This document shows, piece by piece, positions 1 through 10,210 of a stretch of 64,000 nucleotides of DNA (within the stretch, counting starts at the first letter, position 1; every line of letters starts with the position of its first letter). The notes under the pieces were generated by a model. The model saw only the letters and a list, made by a program, of their open reading frames with translations, made no database searches and was not told the origin of the DNA. Location of the stretch: assembly GCA_002269645.1 (NCBI GenBank), contig NIVC01000952.1, forward strand, positions 39,059-103,058, written 5' to 3'. The DNA comes from Macrostomum lignano (Eukaryota). A program made the translations under genes and the position numbers.

Positions 1-221
1 ATCACGCTCGTTCAGCACCTGCCAATCGAATGTCCAGCCGCAGGATTCGGTTCGAAAGATGCTCCACAATTTGAGTGCAGCTGCCACCAGAATTGCCACC
101 ACAACGAGCCATAAAAGCCACCGACCAGCGGGTAAAAATTGCTCCCAAGGTTGCTGAGAGATCTCCAGGCCGCTGGCAGTGGCCGGCCAGTACTGACCAG
201 GCATCGCCTGGGGCGGCAGTG

Positions 222-252
<31 letters not shown>

Positions 253-1048
253 TTGTTGTTGCTCTCGCCTCTGCATGGAGCCTGCTAGTAAGTTTAAGCA
301 GAATACAGTAAAATGTTTTATAGTGATTCAGTGTTTATAACCCATATAGTGATTCAGCATACAGCTTCGAACTCACCAATTGCAGTCCTGTGCTGCTGCC
401 CGTCCTTAGAGGCCAGAAATAGGCAAATTCGGCTCTGGCACAGTTCAAACTCGCAGCTCAGTGGGTAGTCCAGCCTGTCGGCCAGTGCGCCCAGAGTCTC
501 CGCCAGCTGACCGAGTCGACGAGCCCTGTTGAAAAGATCCGTGTGAAATTACTAACAGTGAGTTCAATTAGCATCTAGAACATGAATAAATGGACTTAAA
601 TGAACGCCAATGCCAAGTTCTTGCAAAATTTATTGATCTTTGCTCCGGTTGCGACTCACTCAGTTCCAACATCCGGGTCGCCGCGGTCGACTTCGTCGGC
701 AAACTTGATCACGTGACGCAGGAAGGCGGCCTCCAGCCGGCAGACCAGCCGTTCAACTGCTCGGCTGCGCTGCAGCCACAGCTGGGAGGTGTCCGCCAGC
801 ATCCGGCGCCATCGACGAGTTCGATCGGCATCGGCGGACTCGGCCTGGATGGATACGGTTGAGTAGGCCGCTCTCAGCGATTCGCAATCGATTTCATCGG
901 CGGCCAGCTGCAAGCAGTCGGCGTGGATCTCGGCGATGCCCGGCAGAGCCGACCGGTAGGAGGCATCGCGATTGGCCAGGCTAGCCAGGGAGCTCGACAG
1001 GTGCAGTCGCATGTGGCTGACGTCCCGATAGTGGCTCTCAGCTGCCAT
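1..1048 (-). CDS. Single-pass membrane protein with helical N-terminus, poly-Q and C-terminal TM (possibly KASH-like); 3' end off-window
   Basis: Exons 1048-660, 525-377 and 284-<1 join in frame through GTGAGT donors and CAG/TAG acceptors (phases 2 and 1). Product ends ...QQQQHQPLPP...WLLWLVVVAILVAAALKLWSIFRTESCGWTFDWQVLNERD. Confidence 0.6.
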
Positions 1049-2415
1049 GCCTTTGCTGGTTTTGCTGTCAAAAATTATTTACAAGCTTTAAGCTAGCTTC
1101 GTTTGAGACTCGATCCCATGGATCTCCGCTGCACTGCACTGCAGTGCGGTGGCTCTAGAAATGGCTTACGCTCGTAGTTGAAGAAGCGGGTTAAGCCATA
1201 AACCAAAAACTACCAAAAGGAGCTGGATTCCGTGACACAAATGAAATAATCAGAGTGTAGGAAATTCAAAGTCAAGTTCCGCGTTCTCATGTGCGCTTTA
1301 ATTGGCTGAGAGAAAATTTTTTCGTGGAAATGTTACTTAATATATATGGAGGCGTCTTGTCTATGGCCTGCCTCGCCCAATGAAATGACTTGGGTGATTG
1401 GGTAAGTTCCTTTTTTGGGCTCCAGGAGACTCCAGGAGAGAGAGCGGAGGGGAAGACTCGACAGGAGAGAGAGCGGAGGGGAAGACTCCAAGAGAGAGCG
1501 GAGGGGAAGACTCCAGGGAGATAGTTTATGAGACCTGAGATATATCTGACTCTGCTGAAAGAGTAACCTTTAGCTTTAACCATCATATATTTCTTTTTCT
1601 ATTTTCAGAAAAAGACTACCTCTCGGCGGCTGCTTGTGTTGAGTTTTTATCTCATCCTACGAGTCGTATGCATCACTGTGTGCGGCTAGCTGCCTATGAG
1701 CCAGCTCCCATGAGCCCCTGGAGTCTACCCTGACCATGAGCTGACTGCCACCCCAGTACACCCAGCTATCGTTTTCATCGCGCTTTATCGAGCTGTCATT
1801 TTGCGCTTAAATTTAGTTGCATATCTTAAAAATCACCTTTCGGGCTCGCTTTTGTCCTCTCCACTTCTGATTGGCTGTTGCATGGCGTGGTCCGTATTAA
1901 TTTCATCCTCAACATCAGTCGTTGCTTGCTGATTGGATAGGTTTTAGTGGACCCCGTAGCTTCGCTCGCTTCTTCACTGAGGTTCAGCCCTATTTTTGGG
2001 CAATATCCAATGAACTCTCACTGCTACCGCTGTTCCAGGCTAGTAAGAGTCTGTGATTGCGTTCACGCCGGCGTTAGCCCAGTTTAAACTTCTTTAGACA
2101 TCGATCTTCGACAGAAGAAAAAAACAGCGTTGTACGACCACACCTGATCTAAACATACTGAACCAGCTACGTACGTAGAACTGTAATTTGTTCTTTTTAA
2201 GGCTCTCCTTCAGAAAAAAGATTGCTTATTAGGACTGTGCTGGCTACAATGCAAAAACTTCTGTGACAACTGGGACCCTAGCTTGTAAAACATCAGATAA
2301 GCGAGGATTCTGGTTGTTTATATAGTTTAGGGTTCAACTTTGACACGTATCCAAGAATGCTCTAAAATTAAGTTAAATTTACGCAGCAAAGCTGAAGTTA
2401 TGCAGTGCTTAAAAG

Positions 2416-4353
2416 ATGTACTTCAACAGCGAAGGCATCAGCGAAGCCGCATCATCGCCCAGTCTGTGCGACTTTCGACGCTGTGCAGCCGCTGGCGATG
2501 CGCATTTTCGGCTTCCACCGGATGACGGAAGCTCCTCTGTCAACGCCTTCAACGCTGACACCCCGTTGAGCTGCAAACGGTCCCCAGATCGAAGCAGAAA
2601 GACCTATAAGCTTACTCGATTCAGCACTGCGGAAGTTTGCCTGACCCCGGACTTGCAGCAGGCGGTTGTCAGGTCACGGTCAGCTGTGGATTCAAGGCCT
2701 CGCTCAGAGAATACAGTTGTATCGTCACTGAATGAGAAAGCGACTGCAAGCAGGAGGACTCACTGCTTCTTCGAGAGTATCTTCCTCAGGAGTTTGCCGG
2801 TTACTCCAGCTAGGGAAGTGTCTCACAATTTGCTGCTCGAGTCCTGCACACCTATGCCAACGCCAGTGGAGGCAGACAGACCAGTAATCAAGACAGTGAG
2901 GAAGCATAGGTGCATCGTTTTTTGTAGCTCAACTCCGGCACAGGTGCTACCATCGCCAAGGTCGTACTTGGTCCCGTCGAATCTCGACTGCCCCTGCAAC
3001 CTTCGCTGCATTGACTGTCCGACTGGAGACGCCATCGAATGGCCATCGAGCGCACAAAACATTCTGCAGAAGTGCAGTTCAACGACACACTGCGTCAACC
3101 GCAGCTTTCGGTATTCTCTCGAGCATCAAATTACATCCCGCGTCTCTGACGACCCATCACCTGTCTTGGCCGTAGAATTCAAGGAGGAATTCAACCTTCA
3201 GCTGGAGCTGCTGTACCAGCAACCACAGAGCTGGCAAAGCTGTGCAGAGTCTACAAGCGAGTCAATTTACCTACAACCGGCTGTTTCTCGGCGAGAAAAA
3301 GTACTTTTCTACTGTGAGCTTTCCGACTCTGACGAGACTGTGACGGACTGGCAGATGGCTGCATTTAACAAGCTGCAATGTCCCCCCGTGACTGCACGTT
3401 GCATCAGGGAGAAACCGACTGCGTCAGCTGATTGGCAAATGGAGCACTGGCGCATACAGTGCAACGAGCCACAGTGCGCACCTCTCACTGAGGTTCCGTG
3501 TCCGGCTTTGCATTACTCAAGTGGAGCCAGTACTGGCGACTGCGGCTGCACTACCGACTGTCAGCAGATGAAGCCTCAGTGGCCGCCTGCACCTGATCCA
3601 CATTCATCACATCGAACTCGCGACAGCGACTGCTGCACATCAGTTAGCTACTCAAATGTGCACTCAGCACCAGAACGACGTGTAGACACGAGATGGCGGC
3701 AGCGTCGGCGAGCTCCCTTGGATTCACCGTCAGCTTCGGCGGTCTCAACTCAGTCAGCAGAGACCGAATCAGCCGTACTGCATACGGCCATTGCAAGAGG
3801 CGGATTCGACCACCTTCTGCAGACGCTGGAGAGGGCGAGACTGCGGTACAGCGGCTCTGCTGTCTCTGCAACTTTCTCCTGTCCAGGGACGGGTAGTGGA
3901 CGACGTCGCCGGAGGCAGCAGAGCAAGACGTGCAGCTTTCAGACATGCCCTGCAACCTGCGATCTTGGCAGCGAAAATGATAGAAATGAATTAGAGATTG
4001 AAGACGAAGATGTCGAGGAGTCTGAGCTTGAGAACACGCAGGTACTCGACGGAAACCAGTCGAACTTCGAAGACAACGACTGCAGCGATGAGTTTTGTGC
4101 CTGCGACACTCAATATTGCAGCTGCAACTTTAGAACTTGTTGCTGCGAAGGCGACTATCAGTGCAATGACGGTCTTGCAAAGCCGTCTGTGCAGCCTCTT
4201 ATCGACCATTCGACCGCATCTCAGCGGGAGCGCCGGGAGGCGAAAATCATCGACTCCATGTCGCAGTCGCTGCTCACGCTAACGAAGAGCTTGGAGTCGT
4301 GCATGCGTCACATTCGCGGCACAGTGGCGGAGCTGCAGAGCTGCAGCGAATAA
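2416..4353 (+). CDS. Intronless 645-aa orphan ORF, Ser/Cys-rich, with acidic patch, Cys cluster and C-terminal coiled-coil-like helix
   Basis: Long non-repetitive open frame; cluster FCACDTQYCSCNFRTCCCEGDYQC; no recognisable family motif. Confidence 0.5.
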   Translation: MYFNSEGISEAASSPSLCDFRRCAAAGDAHFRLPPDDGSSSVNAFNADTPLSCKRSPDRSRKTYKLTRFSTAEVCLTPDLQQAVVRSRSAVDSRPRSENTVVSSLNEKATASRRTHCFFESIFLRSLPVTPAREVSHNLLLESCTPMPTPVEADRPVIKTVRKHRCIVFCSSTPAQVLPSPRSYLVPSNLDCPCNLRCIDCPTGDAIEWPSSAQNILQKCSSTTHCVNRSFRYSLEHQITSRVSDDPSPVLAVEFKEEFNLQLELLYQQPQSWQSCAESTSESIYLQPAVSRREKVLFYCELSDSDETVTDWQMAAFNKLQCPPVTARCIREKPTASADWQMEHWRIQCNEPQCAPLTEVPCPALHYSSGASTGDCGCTTDCQQMKPQWPPAPDPHSSHRTRDSDCCTSVSYSNVHSAPERRVDTRWRQRRRAPLDSPSASAVSTQSAETESAVLHTAIARGGFDHLLQTLERARLRYSGSAVSATFSCPGTGSGRRRRRQQSKTCSFQTCPATCDLGSENDRNELEIEDEDVEESELENTQVLDGNQSNFEDNDCSDEFCACDTQYCSCNFRTCCCEGDYQCNDGLAKPSVQPLIDHSTASQRERREAKIIDSMSQSLLTLTKSLESCMRHIRGTVAELQSCSE

Positions 4354-5021
4354 GATTCAATCGTATATAGTTAGTATTTATCTCAATACCTGTCGCAAGT
4401 AACTTGCAGCGAAAGCCTACTGTATGAGTTGGTATATGAGCATAAGTTTGTAAAGTATCATACATTTGTATTTCATTTTTTGATGAACAGCTGCAGACGA
4501 GTAAAAAAGAAAGCTGATTGTTGACTCGATCAGCCTTGATTTTTTATAACTGGAGGCAGCCATTTTTGGCAAGCAGCGAGGATTTTGGCTGTTCAAATCC
4601 AAGCTTTTGTTTTTCAAGGTCTAGATCCCTGTGCGAGCATACATACCACAATTTTATACCTTGTAGCTAATCCAAGTTGCTTTAGTTAGTGATTAATTGG
4701 ATGTAGGCTTACAAATGGCCTCCTTAGGGCTTACCCAGGAGGGACTAGGCTTTCAAGACTCGAATGGCGCAAAACTGGTTGACTGCATTATGAACTTGAT
4801 CGCTGAATTGTCCTCTTCGAACAAAATGTTCATTTTCTGGGGTGTATACGTGCACCCCATGCAATAGTAAATAGAGAACCATAATCTTAGTCATGCAGTG
4901 ATCATGGTTGAAAACGAAGGAGAAAAGCGCCAAAATGAATTCAAGAAAGCGAATTTAAAGCGGAAATCCTGTAATTGTTTTTAAAACGCAAGTGTTTTTA
5001 AGGTATTATGTAGTTATTTAG

Positions 5022-5281
5022 GGGCCTTTTCATATTGCTTGCTCTGGTTCCAGAACCAGAACCAATTTGTGAAGTATAACTTTTTGTCTCCATAACTAGA
5101 GGGAGATACGTGCTATAAAGTTTTTATTATTGAATGACAATCACCAAGAAGAAAGTGAAAAATTGTGCTAAGTTAGGTTGTTAAGGCAGTCAAATATTAA
5201 CAGAGTTTAATAGTTATACTGCTGTTTTTCTTGGAATTCCGAACCGATTCTGGTTCTGGAATTGGTAATATGAAAAGGCCC
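5022..5281. mobile_element. 260-bp MITE, PIF/Harbinger(Tourist)-like
   Basis: TIR GGGCCTTTTCATATT / AATATGAAAAGGCCC, shared subterminal TTCCAGAACCAGAA, 3-bp TSD TAG on both sides. Confidence 0.75.
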
Positions 5282-5589
5282 TAGGTTGTTGAACTGTATT
5301 TTTTAGGTATGAATTCGAATTGGATTTAATAGGACGAACGTTTTTAGTTTCACGTGTTTCACCTCTTGTGCCAGTTCTGATCGCTAGACAGTGACTCTAA
5401 GCGCAGGGAAATGTTATTGTAAAGTACCAGGGTGCCTGAAAGACATGTGAGAAATTTTAAAACTAGTGTTGGCACAGTAGTTTGCGCAGGCCGCAGAGTC
5501 AATTTGTTCTTTTCATTTGAGTAACAACTGCTTAGCCTACCTAGGCCGATCATTGTGCCAGTGAATATATATGTCGTAGGTAGCAGGTA

Positions 5590-7340
5590 GGCTATACCTA
5601 TATGTCGTAGGTTTTAACTTTAGTGGCTAGGTGGTCCTAATGGCCTAAGTCTAAGATCAAGGATTAACTCAATATCACTCAACTTCAATAGGGACACATA
5701 TCTATTTTTTAAGATTAGATAGGCCCTAGGTCTATAAAATAAATGAATCCCCTATTATAAAGTCAAGGAACCTTCTTAGGCCCCTATCCTTTATGCTCCA
5801 GCCCCAGTAGTTGGTTTAAAGCTATGCCACACAGTTTAAATTTGAAATTTGTACCTTTGTATCAATAAAATATATCTAGGTCTATTTATAGACATAGACT
5901 AGCAATCTAGTCATTCTAGTGCCCCCTTTGGGGTGTACAATAAGCTAAGAGCAAAAATTGTTCATGAAAAATATTTAAAAAAGCTCATTTTCTTTTCTTA
6001 AGCATATTTCCTTCTTCAGTTTTATAAATAATCTTATTCAAGTAAAATTAAATTGTCATAGAAAAATATGTTTGCTATGATTATGAGTCTCTTTCTTTTT
6101 TTCTAAAATTAATAGAAATACAACAAAATATAGTTTTCACGAATAGAGGCCTAATAGACATTCCCCCTAAATAGAAAACATCCCCAAGATAAGCAAGCAA
6201 GCATCCTCCTAAATAGCAAATAGCAAAATAGATAGCAAGTATCTACCCAGATAGCAAGCATCTTCCCAGAGGCCAGATAGTAGGCCTAAGCATCCCCCAA
6301 ACAAAAAAACAAAACAAAAACAAAAATATTTTGTAGTTATATTCAAATTAATAGTGATATTTTGCAAGCTTTTCCATTGTAGAAAACCTACTATATATTC
6401 AAATTTGCCTTTAGCATTTAATAGCCTATTGGCAATTTATAAGCCATAGTGTGGAACACCCTGAATATATGTCAGACAAAAAATCTCCTACAATTTTTTT
6501 GGTATGCCAGTGTATGCCAAATTTTTTTCCAATCCAAAATTATAATCCCAGAAAAAACAAACCTCATTTCTAATGTTGCAGTGCACTAAATGACCTTTTT
6601 TGCTCCTTTGTTTCACTTTTTTGCTTTTTTGCTTTTTTACATATATGTTCCTACAATTCCTACACTTTTTTACTATCCATTTTTATATGCTAGATAGTAT
6701 ACCAAGTGTATGCCAAAGTTGTGAGTGTATACCAGATTAATCTAGCATACCACCTCTCTTTTGGACTATGGTTTATAAGCCCAGGACCCTCACTTAAGTC
6801 CCTGACCCTACCAATATATATTTGCTTTTTATCTTTTATTTCATGATAAAAATTAATTTAATCTAGCTAGAATAACCAAAAGCCTTGCAATAAGGCCTAG
6901 TACTTATAAAACTTATCCATAGAGGGGATAAGCCTAAATATATAAAAGGACTATAGAAATTTTTTGCTAGGCTATTTTTTGTAACTAGTATTTAATTGCA
7001 TGTTTATTTAATAATAATAGATATAATTCAACATATCAAAAGTTGTTTTTGATTAGAAGCATTAAAAATTCAACAAATGGTAATACAAAGAATGCTACTA
7101 AGATACCTTATAATACAATTAGACAATCTATAGATATATAATTTCTTATCTAGTGCCCTTATTAAGATTATATTAAATACTTTTTAATTCTTTTTAAAAC
7201 ATCTTTTTTGGTTTCTAAATTGTTTTTTTATACCTATCTTAAAGTAGATAGGGCTACTATTGTCTTCTAGTGAATAGTTGGAATTAGACAGGTATAATCC
7301 TATATTATAATTGAGACACCCTCAATAAATTATAATAATT
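5590..7340. other. AT-rich, almost CpG-free decayed transposon region
   Basis: About one CpG (near 6140) seen in ~1.75 kb; many CTAG/TATAG. 6170-6300 carries GATAGCAAGCATC motifs also found inverted at 31250-31440. Confidence 0.65.
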
Positions 7341-7357
7341 AGACACTTAGGCAGTAA

Positions 7358-7658
7358 CATACATGCGCAACCTCCAAAATTCAGTCGGCCATGCGACTTA
7401 GTTTTAACAAAAATGCGACGTAGTTTTTGGCCAAAAATGCGACTTACATGTAGTTAAAAAAACCATACGCAAAATTAACGCAACTTTGGGTAAAAGGCAG
7501 GAGTAACTATGACTGTCTTATTAGGTCAAAATGCCTCGTCAGCTACTTGGTAATACTACTTTGGTATTTTTTCGGGTGGGCATTTTTGCGACTTCCTTGA
7601 TTGGCTGCCAAATCGGTCGGCCGGATCGGCCGACTCGGCCGACTGTTGCGCATGTATG
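7358..7658. mobile_element. 301-bp MITE (hAT/P-like) containing a 28S rDNA fragment
   Basis: Perfect 14-bp TIR CATACATGCGCAAC / GTTGCGCATGTATG; 8-bp TSD GGCAGTAA at 7350-7357 and 7659-7666. Confidence 0.85.
7488..7553 (+). pseudogene. Short diverged fragment of 28S rRNA (R2 / I-PpoI target region)
   Basis: GGGTAAAAGGCAGGAGTAACTATGACTGTCTTATTAGGTCAAAATGCCTCGTCAGCTA resembles the conserved LSU GGGTAAACGGCGGGAGTAACTATGACTCTCTTAAGGTAGCCAAATGCCTCGTCATCTA (recalled sequence). Confidence 0.8.
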
Positions 7659-7769
7659 GGCAGTAAACAGTAAAAAGATATCTTATTAAATTAAATATCT
7701 AGAGATAGATTCCCTATCTTGCAGCAGACATCCTACTAGACAATGAACATCCCTATCATATAGTGGACA

Positions 7770-8075
7770 TCGATCCCTATCAGATAGTAGACACCCCTAT
7801 CAGACAATGGACACCCCTATTCTATCAGATAGTGGACACCCCTAGAAACCCCTTGGAAACCCCTTAAAAACGCATTGGACACCCCTAGAAACACATTGGA
7901 CACCCCTAGAAAACATTAGACACCCCTAGAAAACATTAGACGCCCCTAGAAAACATTAGATACCCCTAGAAAACATTGGACACCCCAATCATTCAGTGGA
8001 CACCCCAATCAGGCAATGGACACCCCAATCTTGCTGTGGACACCCCAATCAGGCAGTGGACACCCCTACCCAGTA
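7770..8075. repeat. Degenerate TGGACACCCC(TA/AA) tandem repeat
   Basis: Repeated core visible; it produces the spurious MDTP... N-terminus of the 7976 ORF. Confidence 0.75.
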
Positions 8076-8137
8076 GTGGAATCGCTACCCATCAGACACC
8101 CAAGGTTATCCTGTCCGCACCGAACAAACCCCCTCAG

Positions 8138-8740
8138 TCCAAGCGCAAGCAGGCGAAGCGGTTCGCCGCGGTGAAGCGCATGATCAGCCTTAACGATGGC
8201 CGGATCCGCAAGCGCGACCGGGACAAGCCGGCCGGCAAGAAGCGGAAGCCAGCCGAGACCAACAGCGACCCGCTGCCTGTTCGGCACAAGACCGCAGTCA
8301 GTTCCGCAATGTTTCTGCACTACAACACCCAGATTGGGCCGCCCTATCACATCCTGCTGGACACCAACTACGTCAACTTTGCTATTAAGAATCGCTTGGA
8401 CGTGTTTCAGTCGGCCATGGACTGCCTGTACGGCAAGTGCGTCCTGTACGTCACCGACTGCGTGTTGGCCGAGATGGAGAAGATGGGCGAGAAGTACCGG
8501 GTGGCCTTGAAGATTCTGCACGATCCCCGGGTGCGCCGGCTGTCCTGCCTGCACAAGGGCACTTACGCTGACGACTGTCTGGTTCGCCGCGTCACCGATC
8601 ACAAATTCTACATTGTGGCCACCTGCGATCGCGACCTGCGCAGGCGACTCCGCCGGGTGCCCGGCGTGCCCATCATGTACGTGCACGCCAGGCGGGTCAC
8701 GGTCGAGCGGATGCCGGACGCGCTGGGTGCTCCGCGTTGA
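8138..8740 (+). CDS. FCF1: rRNA-processing PIN-domain protein FCF1/Utp24
   Basis: Motifs YNTQIGPPYHILLDTNY, MDCLYGKC..TDCVLAEMEK, CLHKGTYADDCLV, YIVATCDRDL..R.R.VPGVPIMY, ERMPD. Coding begins at acceptor CCCTCAG|TCC (8138) with no genomic ATG at the homologous position. Confidence 0.95.
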   Translation, partial: SKRKQAKRFAAVKRMISLNDGRIRKRDRDKPAGKKRKPAETNSDPLPVRHKTAVSSAMFLHYNTQIGPPYHILLDTNYVNFAIKNRLDVFQSAMDCLYGKCVLYVTDCVLAEMEKMGEKYRVALKILHDPRVRRLSCLHKGTYADDCLVRRVTDHKFYIVATCDRDLRRRLRRVPGVPIMYVHARRVTVERMPDALGAPR

Positions 8741-8809
8741 ACTGCTTGATTGACTGATTGATTGATCCGTTGAGCGACACGTTGAGTTTTGAATTCGGTA
8801 TTGAAATTT

Positions 8810-10130
8810 GCGAAAATGGTAGATTCGGTAGTAAAATGGCAGATTCGGCAGTAAAGTTAACAGATTTGAGTGTCAAATTAACATTATGTAGAAAAATGGC
8901 AGATTCGGTAGTAAAATAGGCAGATTCGGGTGTAAACTGAAAGATTCGGTAGTAAAGCTGGTAGATTCTGTAGAAAATGGCAGATTCAGTAGTATAATTA
9001 GCAGATTTGGGTGTCAAATTAACAGAATCTGTAGAACAATGGCAGATTCGGCAGTAAAGTTGGTAAAATCAGTAGTAAAATAGGCAGATTCGGGTGTAAA
9101 ACTGGAAGATTCGGTAGTACATGTAAAGCTGGTAGATTCGGTAGAAAAGTGGCAGATTCGGGTGTCATAACGCAATCTGTAGAAAAATGGCAGATTCGGT
9201 AGTAAAATAGGCAGATTCGGGTGTAAACTGAAAGATTCGGTAGTAAGGCTGGTAGATTTAAAAAAATCGGCAGAATTGGTAGTAGTAAAAAAACAGTTAA
9301 TATGGTAGTAATTTCCGTTGTCAATGCTGATTGTAAATATAACTCATATAAATATAAGTTTGATAAGCAAACCCGCTTGTCCAGTGCAACCATTTTCAGT
9401 TATGGTCTCTTGGAATTTCAAGTTTCATTCTCTCTGCGTATGCAGAACGTGTGCTTTTTGGAAAATTGAATAATTTGGAAACTCCTGTCTCAGGAGTTTC
9501 CAAATTAGCAAGTTTAGCAGTTTGCTTTGGCAGATTCTGTGTCAGTTAGATTTGGCAGATTCTGTTTCAGTTAGATTTGGCAGATTCTGTGTCAGAATTG
9601 GCAGATTATGTGTCAGAATTGGCAGATTCTGTGTCAGAATTGGCAGATTCTGTGTCAGAATTGGCAGATTATGTGTCAGTTAGATTTGGCAGATTCTGTG
9701 TCAGTTAGATTTGGCAGATTCTGTTTCAGTTAGATTTGGCAGATTCTGTGTCAGTTAGATTTTGCAGATTCTGTTTCAGATTTGGCAGATTCTGTGTCAG
9801 ATTTGGCAGATTCTGTGTCAGTTAGATTTTGCAGATTCTGTGTCAGATTTGGCAGATTCTGTGTCAGATTTGGCAGATTCTGTGTCAGATTTGGCAGATT
9901 CTGTGTCAGATTTGGCAGATTCTGTGTCAGATTTGGCAGATTCTGTGTCAGATTTGGCAGATTCTGTGTCAGATTTGGCAGATTCTGTGTCAGATTTGGC
10001 AGATTCTGTGTCAGATTTGGCAGATTCTGTGTCAGTTAGATTTGGCAGATTCTGTGTCAGATTTGGTAGATTCTGTGTCAGTTGGATTTGGCAGATTCTG
10101 TGTCAGTTAGATTTGGCAGATTCTGTGTCA
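8810..10130. repeat. Two related minisatellites: ~20-bp GGCAGATTCGGTAGTAAAAT (8810-9270) and 21/26-bp GTGTCAGATTTGGCAGATTCT (9525-10130)
   Basis: Direct tandem units; shared GGCAGATTC core. Confidence 0.9.
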
Positions 10131-10210
10131 ATTGAATTATCAATGGAAGATTCTGCTTCAGGATCAGCAGATGCTCAAAACATACAATGAACAAAAACTT
10201 CTGCTTTCAG

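Noticed and set aside
7488-7553. 28S match as a functional rRNA gene
   Set aside because: Only ~65 bp, diverged, and enclosed in a MITE.
7976-8137. 54-aa N-terminal extension of FCF1 in the ORF track
   Set aside because: Starts at TTG inside the TGGACACCCC repeat; homology begins exactly at the splice acceptor at 8138.
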